NCBI GenBank assembly: GCA_038496445.1
Contig: JALMLS010000411.1
Span: 124,001 to 188,000 of the forward strand
Source: Trichosphaerium sp. ATCC 40318
Lineage: Eukaryota; Protista; Tubulinea
Direction of reading: 5' to 3'
Length of the DNA stretch: 64,000 nt
In this document: positions 51,504-63,300 of the stretch, piece after piece
Layout: each line of letters starts with the position of its first letter
Position numbering within the stretch: the stretch's first letter is position 1
Notes under the pieces: generated by a model
Seen by the model: the letters and a program-made list of their open reading frames with translations, nothing else
The model's database searches: none
What the model was told of the DNA's origin: nothing
Made by a program: the position numbers and the translations under genes

Positions 51504-52958
51504 TCACAAACCATGCGGCTTATGGGTGACAACAAACATAAGTAGGATACAGACAAAAGTGAAGAGAACCACGCAAACTACTTGTAAAGGAGTTGGTATT
51601 ACTTTATCATTCTTTTGTATCCGACAAACAATGTATCGAGTTCCATCCCAACAGTCTTGATGAGTAATCCACACCTTGCCATACAGAAAAGTTCGTTCTA
51701 AATGATTTTCTTTAGTACATTCTTCAAAAGGAATAGCACGTGTGTATTCATCGCCTTTTCTAGGACATAATGAATAGTATTTTTGAAAAATCTTAAAGGC
51801 AACCTCCTTGTTACCTAATATGTTGTTCAGTCCTTGATGTCCAAAAAAAGTAATTGTCTGTACCTACTGACCTCTCTAAGACTTCATCATATCCGTCTTC
51901 ATATCGTTTATATATTTGTACTGGAGGAACGTATACTGGTTTCTGAACAAAAGTTCTTGGTACCGAGGATGGAAAACCTGATTTAATAAGCCGTTTAAGT
52001 CTTTTTATATCTTTAGAGTTGTAACGTTTCATGATGTTATTAAAAGGGTCACCTATGTCTAAAACAAGTGGCCTGTATCGCGTTAACTTTGACGTTTCTA
52101 TCTGACATTGTTGTACCTTTGTTGTGCTGTGGTACTATCAATGAAGTGTTGGTAGTTCGGTTCTTTGTTTAAAATGAAAACGAGTTCATCAGGATTAGAC
52201 AGTTCTCTAAGCACATGACGTGCTAGTTGCTTTAGGTTTGTATCATCGTATTTTATTGCAACTCCAATGGAAAGCAATTCAATGAGGTATGACTTTGGAT
52301 AACCAATAATACGTTTCGTCACCCGTTGTGTTTTAATTGTTCTGATAAACTTTCGTGCTACATGCATGTCTTTCAGTATCTCCCTAACAAACTGAATCCG
52401 TTTTACTGATAGATGTGAAGAGTAGAAAGAGCGTCTTCTTTTCGATTTGTACTGAATTGCCTTCCAAACTTTAACCCAGTGGTAACCGCGATAGGCAATA
52501 CCTGTTATTATTAAAACAAGAGCCTTTTTTCCGTAGTTATCACGTGCCCGGAAGCGCCGCAGTGGGTAATAAATCTATTCTAACGTTTTCCCCGTTGTAC
52601 TTTCCTTCAAGTATTACAGAGTACGGTGTTACTGCCGTAACTTCAACACTAACCCCTGGAATACGTGATGATACGTTGTATATCTTCATAACGTGTTTAT
52701 TTATTTCGTCCTCTGAGAGATTTTCAAAGGGAAATTGATGAAAGTACCTGGTAGGTGTTTAATAAAGAACAACCAAACCTGGTTTAGGTTCGTACAATAC
52801 AAAATCATAATCTGATGTGGGTATATCTGTTTTCTTGCCTCTTGAGCCCGCCTTTGGTGGATTTAATGACTACCAGACCTGTTGATTACTCTTACCTTGA
52901 TTACAGTTGCTTTAAGCTCTTTCGCCAAGTAGAATACTACAGATTGTACCAACGACAT
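51504..52958 (-). CDS. 2'-5' oligoadenylate synthetase (OAS)/CD-NTase-like nucleotidyltransferase with C-terminal TM helix
   Basis: Spliced: VIKAGSRGKKTDIPTSDYDFVLY (GS...DxD), VRIDLLPT (third Asp), FIRTIK, PKSYLIELL, RPLVLDIGDPFNNI. Ends VVCVVLFTFVCILLMFVV-THKPHGL*. Additional 5' exons are possible. Confidence 0.8.
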
Positions 52959-55453
52959 GTCTGCGTCTTAACACCTCGAGTTTAAAAATATCTTGCGAAG
53001 AAATACTAAGCAAAACTTGTACACCAAAGGGTCAATCCATTGCATAGGCTTGCGATGAGCTAACATAGCTCTATCCACAAATTTGAACAATCTACCATTA
53101 ATAAACGGTGTTCCCTACATGATTTAGGAGGATAGTTTTGAGCCTCATCGAGCCAATATCAACACTAAAACAATAGGCAATGTGGTCAACAAATTTCACT
53201 TTGCAACTTGCAATCTAAGAAAGTGTGATGAGCTCAAGTTCAGTGGTTTAATACCAGGCGAAATGACTGGCCCACGTGAATTTGCCAAAAACTTAGTCAA
53301 CTCCGATAAACATGTATTCTAAGAATAGCAAAGGATAACTGTGTAACACAGGACATGTGCTACCGCTAGAGAATTGCGTTTTTAGTGGAGTAGAGCACTC
53401 ATAAGGTGTTTATGCATGACTAGGGCCTACAGCAGATAGGGTGTTTAAGAAATGTGCACAACACTTAGCCAATATGTTACTTAAGTGCAAAAATTCAAAA
53501 CCAACGAGTTTGTTGACACGTTGGAACAATTCTTGGCACTACTTATGCAAACCTCACAAAAGCAAATTAAACTAGCCGGTGCGTAGCAGCAAGTGATATA
53601 ACTTTCTCGTATTTTAGCGGCTAACTTTTATTCTTTAGCTCGCTCGGTATCACGTGGTCTGCTGACATTACCAAACGATATTCAACTTTACATTTGCTCG
53701 CTTGATAAAGAAGTTTACATAAAATATCACCTACTGTCTGCTGCAGCTGCTAAAAACACTCACTTTACGAATGATTTTAGAAAAAAGGGTACCTGGAAGC
53801 AGTGGTATTCAACAGGAGAGTTAAAGGCCATGATTCAACTACCTGTTGGCGAGGCAAAACATTGGTATAAAAACGGACAACTTCAGGCGCATTACTACCA
53901 TAAATACGGAAAGACAAATGGAAAGGCATTGCAGTGGTATGAGAACGGGCAGCTGCAGTATCAATCGTTCTATTTACAAGGCAAAACTCATGGTGAGAGA
54001 AAGAAGTGGCACTCGAATGGGCAGATTGCTGAACAATGCTTCTTTGAAAATGGAAAGGGGACAGGAAAGCATCAAGAGTGGCACGAAAACGGACAGGTAG
54101 CAGTACAAGGAATGCTAAAAAACGACAAGTATGAAGGAATACTCCAAAAGTGGTATGAAAATGGTAATATGAAAGCATATACAAGCGTTAGAGATGGAAT
54201 AAAAGAAGGTGAAGTGAAAGAGTGGTATGAAAATGGCAAACTAAAGATACACTACTTTCGTCAATGCAAAAAAGTGGCGAGGTTTAGGAAAGAATATTTT
54301 GAGAATGGAAACCTTAAATCTTGTTTGTTCTTCGAAGATAGCACAGATGACTTGTATAACCAAGAAATGATCAAAGAAGGTAACATTAAAACTATCGATG
54401 GCAAACAATGTCTAAAAGAAACGCACTACCACGAAAATGGAACAAGAAAATTAGAAAAATTCTGTTGCAATGGTAAGCCTTACGGCACTGCAAAACAGTG
54501 GAATGAAGATGGCCAAATTACAGCTTGTGTTGAGGTAAAGAATGGCATACTGTACGGTAAGAGTGTCATGTACAAAGGTGGGAATAAGATAAAAAGTGCT
54601 ATGTTCAAGAACGGAAAGAAGAATGGTAAATACAAGGAGTGGCATGAAAATACTGAACTTTCGTTGCGTCTATGTTATATTGATGATGTGGTGGAAGGAC
54701 TAGTGGAAGAATGGTATGAAAATGGACAAATGAAACAGATTTATACGATTCACAATGGCAAAAAAGAAGGAGAACGCAAATGCTGGTACAGTAATGGACA
54801 GTTGGAAACTCAACGATTTTGGAAACACGGCTTAGAACATGGAGAGAGTAGGCAATGGTATGAAAATGGTAAATTACAAGTACGGTGTGTAGCAAGGAAT
54901 GGTAAAACGGCAGGAAAGTATGAAGAGTTCTACGACAATGGACAATTACACAAGCGCTTCTATGACTGGGATGATAAAGTACAAGGCGAAGTAAAACGTT
55001 GGCACAGGAATGGACAGTTGTATTTACAGTTTTATGTAAAGGACAGTATTCTTCATGGAGAAGAAAAAGAATGGTATCCCAATGGACAAATGAAGCGATG
55101 TTTGACTCATGTCAATGGAAAAGCTGAAGGTTTAGCTAGGATGTGGTATAAATGTGGTCAAATTCGTTGTGAGCACTCTTCAAAGAGAGGTAAGAAAGAA
55201 GGAGAGTACAAGGAATGGTACCAAAACGGGAATTTATGTACACAATGCTACTTTGTGAACTCGAAGTATGAAGGAGAGTACAAAGAATGGTATGAGAATG
55301 GGCAAATGAAACTACAATGTATGACTAGAAATAACTTGGATAATGGTGAGTACAAAGAATGGGATCAAAATGGGAAACTAAAGCTACAATGTGTGAAGAA
55401 GAATGGCAAAAAAGTACTCCAATAAATAAATAATAAAGAAGCAATTCGTCGAT
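52932..55453 (+). repeat. Copy B of the ~2.5-kb inverted segmental duplication (partner 23087-25675)
   Basis: Direct comparison with copy A; homology ends at ...GCAATTCGTCGAT on the 3' side. Confidence 0.92.
53545..55425 (+). CDS. F-box-like + MORN-variant repeat protein, copy B
   Basis: ATG at 53545, exon MQTSQKQIKLA and a GTGCGT..TAG intron, then LLTLPNDIQLYICSL and a WYENGQ repeat array. Confidence 0.85.
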
Positions 55454-55687
55454 AAATAAACTACCAATTTCTTATGTCAGGAGTGAACCACTACGCTATA
55501 AAACGTATACACTCTATTTAATGGCTATGATGCCGTAAAAATCAACAATTGTGTAGCTGTAGCAAAATTTGTTCTAAGAAAAAAGTTAATCATTCGCTTA
55601 TTCACTGATTGTAAACTGATTTCTTATTGACCACAACTGATATTGAGAGCATTAGTCATCATTACTAATACGCCAGTGGCGATACTA

Positions 55688-55858
55688 TGCTTCCCAGTGC
55701 CTCAAAGCGTTTGTAAAATCGACAGTAACCCTAGCACGAGTTTGTTGCAGCTACCGACAGAGATGTACTAACCGATAAAGTGTCAAAGCGCTTGCAGGTG
55801 TTGATTGCACACACCTTAATAGCACCGTGGTAACTGATGAAGGTAAGAAATCATTGTA
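55688..55858 (+). pseudogene. Decayed F-box/LRR paralogue
   Basis: SLLQLPTEM (F-box start) then VKALAGVDCTHLNSTVVTDEGKKSL*, the same LRR type as 15775-17153, with frameshifts and stops. Confidence 0.55.
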
Positions 55859-56170
55859 ACACTGCCCTACAAAGCTTGGTCAATATAGCACCCTCATAGC
55901 ATAGTTATAATTTGCTCAATGTATGGTTTTATCTTATGTTGTCATGTATACACGAGGTATTGCAAGAAACTTAACTGCAGTTAAGGCAATGTTAGCACTG
56001 TTACAAAGCAGAGCTATACTCACCTATGTTATTACTTACGCACACCAACTCCACTTGCTTCAACAGAAGCGAATCAAGAAAGAAAGTATTGTATCAACCG
56101 ATGACACGGCAACGAACATGATTATTCTTTCAAAGTCAAGCGCAATAAAGCCGTGATTACTTGTAACGTA

Positions 56171-57166
56171 ATGGCTGGTTGTTGTAGTACGTTTTTTGGG
56201 GCATTAGCGCTCGCGTTAGTTGGTAGTTATCTTTATTTCTTAAATATTTACCTAAACGATGTTCCTACGCCCGTAAACACTGATGACATCATCGCTGATG
56301 GTGGAAAATTCCTTAAACTTAAAAATGGCCACGTCCTCGAGTATTTCGAGTTTGGAGACCACGAATCAACTGATACGGTGCTATTCATACACGGATACGG
56401 CCAAACAGGCCGATACATAAAAACACACTCAGAAACGTTCAAAAAAGCAAAACTTCGAGTCATCTCTCCGACTTATCCTGGTTCTGGCTTATCTGAGTTC
56501 TTTCCTTACGAATTCACAGAGTTCCCTAGTATAATGGCTGAACTAATGGATCATGTTGGTATAGAATCATTCTACTGTATGGGTATATCTAATGGAGGAC
56601 CACATGTTATATCTGTTTCTTCTATTCTTGGAAAACGTGTCAAGGATGTTGTTCTGGTTGTACCTCTCTCTGAGACTACAGAGGATAATGATCCTTTTGA
56701 GAATGTACCTGTAGCTTTGAAGGTGTTCATGAAGATACTTATGCTGCCAACATTAAGCGAGATGATGAATTATTATGCAACAGGACCTTCTATAAGAAAA
56801 GATCCACATCATCATTTTTCTGTTATGCTTCCTGAAGAATGGACTGAGTTTCTACAAGTTTGTAGTAAAGAAGTTGTTGATAATTTCGCTTATGATCATT
56901 CAAGAGGTGTTAAGAGAACTGTTGAGAGTTTAGTACATTTGTTCAGGATCAATAATTTGCCTTGGCATTTAGATTATAAAAAAGTAAGTCAAGGAAGAAA
57001 TGTCTATATTTATTCAGGTATTCGAGACACTTTATGCCCTCCTTCTGGTCAAACATACTTGTCAAAGATTATACCAAATAGTCAACTTATTAGAAAGAAT
57101 AGTACTCACACTACAATAATGATGAGTCATCTTCCAGAAATGTTAGAAAAACTAACACAAAAATAA
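56171..57166 (+). CDS. Alpha/beta-hydrolase with N-terminal membrane anchor, intronless
   Basis: FIHGYG oxyanion loop, PGSGLS, nucleophile elbow GISNGG, acid GIRDTLC, His in NSTHTT. Confidence 0.92.
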   Translation: MAGCCSTFFGALALALVGSYLYFLNIYLNDVPTPVNTDDIIADGGKFLKLKNGHVLEYFEFGDHESTDTVLFIHGYGQTGRYIKTHSETFKKAKLRVISPTYPGSGLSEFFPYEFTEFPSIMAELMDHVGIESFYCMGISNGGPHVISVSSILGKRVKDVVLVVPLSETTEDNDPFENVPVALKVFMKILMLPTLSEMMNYYATGPSIRKDPHHHFSVMLPEEWTEFLQVCSKEVVDNFAYDHSRGVKRTVESLVHLFRINNLPWHLDYKKVSQGRNVYIYSGIRDTLCPPSGQTYLSKIIPNSQLIRKNSTHTTIMMSHLPEMLEKLTQK

Positions 57167-57350
57167 ATCGATCTATTGTTCCACCTACCTCTAAGCAACA
57201 CTTATTAACAACTTCTGTCGATTGTTAAAATTACATGCTTTTATCAATTGAAAGCCCCAACAAAATCATTTTGTATGACTTCCTCACCACTCATGTGACG
57301 AGTGCGAAGAAAAAGAGAATGTTTAATTTTTTATTTAACAAGTATTGAGT

Positions 57351-60300
57351 TTAACCACTGTGTAGATCAGCTGACATTAAAGGCATCTCCTTATATGTGC
57401 AGAATGCTACTGTACCATTCTTACAACCAATACCTATACGTCCTCCCTTCACAGCAACACAAGTAGGCTCACGTGGAGAAACCGAAAACTCGCATATTTT
57501 TTCTCCTAAACGGAAAAAAATAAGAAAAAGAAAAGATCAGGTATCTGCATTCGTACCGTTTTCAATATGCCAAACTTGATATGCATCTTTCGATACAGTA
57601 ATAGCTTTTGTTTCATCAGGGAATACAGCAATACTAGCAGTCAAGAAAGTTCTTTCACCGTAGAAAGTGAACAAGTACTCGCCAGTGTCTAAATCGCGAA
57701 TATGAAATTCCCCTTTGCTAAAAAGGACAGTGAGCAACAAAGGGAGAAGAACAATAATAGGTTTTGTTGATTTTATAAGGCACAGTGAAACACGTACTGT
57801 AAGCACATGGCTTTCTTTCCGCTAGGAAACAAGGCGATAGAATCACAAGGGAATTGTGTAATTTCTTCCATAGTTTGAAGATTATACAGAATGCAATTTC
57901 CATACCATCCTGTACAAAACAATTAGTTTTAAATACACTCAGAGCGTCTTATGATAGTAAACAATACACCAAAAATAACCTACCAGAAGTAGAAACAAGT
58001 CTGCTCTTATCTTTGTTGACAGCAACTCTCTCAACGTTGATTCTTGGGTGGAATGTTTTGATGCACTTATTGTTAACAAGATCCCATATCTTGATTGTAC
58101 GATCACATGATGCTACGAGGAAATAAATCAGAAATAAATGTGTCTATAGGTTGTGTATTTCGTACCTGATACTCCTAGTTTACCATCCAGAGATACAGTA
58201 ACACAAATGACTGCATTTTCGTGTTCTCTGAAAGTTTGCAAACATTTTCCTGTTTTTAGACTCCATATACGAACAGTCTTATCTTTACCGCCAGTGATGA
58301 TTCTATCACCTCTAGGGAACAAGCAAGAAACACTATGGCCCTTTTGAAAACGATGTAAGTTACTGCTACAAGTACTATTGTTCGAAAAAAAAAGAAAAAC
58401 AAGCTTACTTCTAAGGTTGAAACGCTCTCGGGTTTGCGCGCATCCCATAGTTTCAAATCCTTTGGACCAGATGTAACAGCGTATTTACCACCGTAAAATA
58501 GCGAAATGTCGGTGACTGGTCCCTGATAAAGATTGTAAGAGAACACTTTCATTCGAACTGTTTTTCCGTTACCTTAAGATGTTGCTTTTTAGGTTCCTTC
58601 CAACGACCAAACTCCCATACGACCATAGGCGAAGCCTGTTCGTATATAGCTCTATTACCTATTACAGAGAAAGCTCCAGTTCTTGTTCGACTATAATGAA
58701 GTTATTAGTTTCTAAAATTTACGATGTATTGGAAGAGCTTTTTTTTTTAAGTCTACCCTTTCCCAAATGCGTTTGGAGCATAAGGGTTAAGAACATTCTT
58801 GTTGTCGGGAACTGGTGTGAACCTAAAATCAAGAGAAGGTACAGGAGGCTGTTTTGTCTCTGTGTGACGTCTACTCTTATGACTGCTAGTAGAACCAGCA
58901 GCGACTGTTTGGCTTCTCTTTGCTCTGCTATTTCTTCTAGCCTTCTTCATCATCGACGATGCTTTTTTCTTCAAAGCAGAGGCTTTAGATCTATCCCGTT
59001 TATGTTTCCTCTTTGGAGGCTTTGGTTGTCCCATAGGTGGACTATAAAGAAAGTGTGTTAAAAATAGAAACAATGAAATCAAATCACGTGATAAATTTCG
59101 AACAAGGTTTTTGATGTTTTTGATTGATTGACAAAAAAAACAACGTACGCTGGTATGTTCTTTACTAATTCTGTTCCTTGAGCCATTTGAGCTTCAATAG
59201 CATCCCATTCACTTTCCTCTTCCTCTTTCTGTTTTTTCCTCTTCTTATCTTCCTCCTCTACTTTCTCTTGAATGATCATTTGACTCTTTCTTCTGTTCAG
59301 ATCATTCTTTTTCAGCTTTTTAACCCTCTTGTTCTTTTTTGGATCTGGCTTGATTGTATCAAAAGGTGTATCTAAGTTTTCTGCTGGTTCAAGCAAAATA
59401 GCTTCACTTTGTTTTCGAGGCATTTCAGGCGTATCAAAGAGGTAGACACCTTGAATTTCGTGATTCTGTGTTACCCTGACAGGATCTTCTTCAAGTAACT
59501 TCAAAGTCTCTTCCAATAAGTTCTGAGAAGCATAACCAAGAGCTCTCTTTTCGTGACTATCTTCACTCATCTCTTCTTCAATCTAAGGAAAGAAACATGT
59601 CAGACACACTAATATTAACTGATGTATGACGCACAGCTCGAAGTGTCTCTTCTAGAAGACCACCACTAGATTTAGACCTTGTTTCACTGCTTTGTTCGCT
59701 AACATCTCCGCTTCCTGAAGTATCCGTTGGAGGATTATCATATTCGTCAGCTGCCGATATCTCTGCTAACAACCTCTTTTCGTCTCGTTTGAAAGAGCCT
59801 TCTTCTTGTTCAATTTGAATTTCTTTCATAACAACAACTGTATGTGCTCCAGCGAGAGCAGCTTCATGCACTTTCAACCTATCTTGGACCTCCTGAAGAG
59901 CTTTTTGAGCTGCTTCTCTTTCTTCTAAGGCCTTCTGATCGTTCTCAGCTGCTTCTTGTGCAATCAAGGCCGCAGCTTCTTCAGCGTCTTTCATAGCTCG
60001 TTTTTGAGCTTCCAACTCTTGTTCAAGACGTTGTCTCTCTTCCTCTGCGATTCTTTCAGCTTCAAGGCGCTCTTCTTCCTCTTTTCTTAACCGCTCTTCT
60101 TCTTCTCGTCGAAGTCTCTCCTCTTCCTCACGTTTAAGACGTTCTTCTTCCTCACGTCGTTTCCTCTCAGCTTCTTCTCGCTTTCTACGTTTCTCTTCTT
60201 TGCGACGCCTTCGCTCTTCCTCCTCACGTTTTTGCTTCTCCTAAAAGAGTCCAGTTAAGAATCTTTGTTCTCAAGTTTCAGCGTGTTACTTACAATCATG

Positions 60301-63300
60301 AGTTGGACAGCTATAGCTCTGTCTCGTCTTCCACGCCATACTTTTTGAAATACTATCGCTGCAGCAACTCTCTTACGCTCTTCTTTGATACGTTTTCTAG
60401 TAAGAAATCCACGAACAGTTTTTTGCATTTTGATGACGTAAGGAAGCATGACTTCACCAAGTTTATCATCAATCTGTTGCATCTATTTCAAAGTTATTTT
60501 TAGATGGAAGGAAAGATTAGATTAATGTACGTACAGTTTCACTTCTTAGGAAGACTTTAGCAGTACCCAACTGACACTGTTTTTTGTCCAAACCCAAGAA
60601 CTCAACAATAGCCTTACATTTTTGTTTTGGTTTTCCTGTTGCTTTAGGTTGCATAATAGAATACCTGTCACGTGTTATGTTAGATATTTCGTATTTATGT
60701 TGTAGGCGTACCTTTCAAGGAAATGAGCGAACTCCAATCGTACAGGGTATCCAGATTGACGGATTTTTATTGTTTCCAATACACCTGAACAATTTAGTTG
60801 TTGAAGTACTTGGCCTCCGTTGAAGACATTAGGCTGTCTCAACAGGTTAGGTTTGATACACCTAAGGTTACATTAATACCTCATCAAAGCAAACTTAAAA
60901 AGCTACCTAATCCAGTGCGGATCAGTCATGTTGATACGTTCCATCAAACTGGTGAGTTGCATCTAAGGATATTAAGTTTAAGCTCTTTAGAATTTTTCTA
61001 ATATCATACCCTGAATTGTGTACCGACTGTCACAGGTTTACCACGGAATACTTTCGCTTTCTGAAGCAGATTTTGGATCATTGGATCCTTACTTTTACGC
61101 ATCATATCAACGAGACTATCTTTTAAGGCGTCCTTGTTCTTATCCAAGAACTTTGTAACAGTGTACATAACCTGTAATACAACATTTTAGTTAAAAAACA
61201 CTTATCGCTACTAGCGTATTCTAAAAATAGATAACAAAAAATATGAAAATAAGCACGTGCTAGATGTATAAAATACCTTTTCTGCGTAATGCTCAATACC
61301 AAATTGTTCTCTACTAATTCTTGGAGAATTGAATGCAGTATGTTTTGAATGTTGATTCTTTATCTTCTGAAGGAAATTCTCATCTGAGCCTTTTGGGAAA
61401 TTACACTCTTCATCAAGGAGTGATAAGATACTCATGCGTTTCTAAGTAGTCATGTTATTAACAAATAACAGCATTATCTAGAATCGTACTCCTCCAATAA
61501 GATCAAGCGTTGACTGATTGTCTTCGAACTCAATTGCTTCATAATCAATTCCTTCCGATGCACAAGCTTCCAACTCCCACTTGAAATTATGTCTATTGTA
61601 ATGCTGTTGGAGTGTTTCATTGGCGTAGTTGATACAAAACTGTTCAAAAAAGTTGTGCTACAGAGTCATTAGATCAAACAACAGTGTGATATTTAAAAAA
61701 GAACAAACCTTGAAGCTTTCAAATCCAAAAATATCCAATAAACTAATAAACAAATCCGCTCTTGGGTCGTTAATAGTGTAGTTAATCTTCTGAACTATCC
61801 AGTCGAATAAAGATCCATATAGAGCCTTTGCAAGAGCATCACGTGTATCTATGGCCTAAAGAGTGTCAGAACACATTTGTTTCATACAAGAACGTACTTG
61901 TGAAACTGTGTAAGGAACAACATAATATTCTTTTGCTATTTTGTTTTTTCTTGTAAGCAAATCATTTGACAGCTTCTCAGCGTCTACTTTTAAGTTGTCC
62001 GCTACAGCTTTTACAACTTTAGGATTATCAATATGAGCTTCATCGCTATTATTAGCTATTATGTTGACATTGCCAAGGAGCAATACAGCATTAACAATAC
62101 GGAATACTGAATCACGTTCTTCGTCGTTTATATCTATCAAAGACATAGACTCAATTACAGCTTTGAGCTCTTTCTAAAGTCCGTTTGAGAACGACTTTGA
62201 TCCCTTATACTATGACGTACTTCCTCATCAAGGCCAACTACACTCGTACAGCCACTCTTGTTCAAGTAGTTATAATGTGAAGGTGATTTAAGGTCATATT
62301 TGGCTCTACAGTTGCGTTAATATTTAAAACAATCCAGTTCCGCCGGAGATTGTGTTATCCTGTCGTACTTTAATTCATCTGAAGATCCTTCTAATAGCAT
62401 ATAGAAGATATGATAATTCCTTTCTCCTTAGCTTGGCTCACTACACGACTCTAATTTAAAGATTAGTGAGGCAACAAATAATAAAACAAGATTCTCCTTT
62501 TACCTTTTCAAGCAAATAGTTATCTATACTTGCTCCAGATAATCTTCCGTTATCATCAAATAGTAATCTAATAAATTTACCCTAAAAGTTAAAATATCAC
62601 GTGAGAAAAAACGTGATTTCTGAATAAAAAAATGAATCAAGAACTTTTTTTTTTTCATTTTCAATAAAAATCGTACAAAACGGCTAGAATTATCGTTTCG
62701 AAGTGTTTTAGCGTTTCCTATCAAACAATAAATGTTAGAAATCCTTATTGTAGTAAAAATAAAAACATACCAAAAGCCTCAAGAATAGGATTTGTTCCTT
62801 GTATTTGAGCACGAATTCTATTACCATGCTCTCCCTTACTACTCAAGTGTGATAAATATTTCATAGCTATCTAAATGTATAACGTCAGCGAATAGGTTAC
62901 ACCTATTGGTATGGCGTCATTACCTTGGCGGTTTCTGTCTACAAGAAAATTAGTTGATGGTTTTATTAGTCAAGAATTACTTACTTTTCCCGCTCCAGAT
63001 TCCCCACTGATCAATATAGACTGGGATTTAGAGTCTACAAATATTAGAGACAGGCTATTATAGATCTTTTGTGACCTCGTAGTAAAGTAGCGTAGCACTC
63101 GTCCGCCATAGCGAAAATATGTGGTGGATTGTCTTCATATTGTTTATTCTTGTACCTAGGCTGTTTTTAGTGCCATCACGTGTCACTTGTTATCAAAAGA
63201 CAATGAGAAAATAGCTAAAGACGTACGAATCCATTAGTTTATCAGTGTATATGTTAAGCTTCTTGAATGGATTGACAGCAATGATAATACGACCAGTGTA

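Noticed and set aside
23087-55453. Giant transposon, Polinton or endogenous virus bounded by terminal inverted repeats
   Set aside because: The enclosed 27 kb holds ordinary intron-rich host genes (RPA1, Psf1, USP). No transposase, integrase, polB or capsid was seen, and the repeats are gene duplicates.
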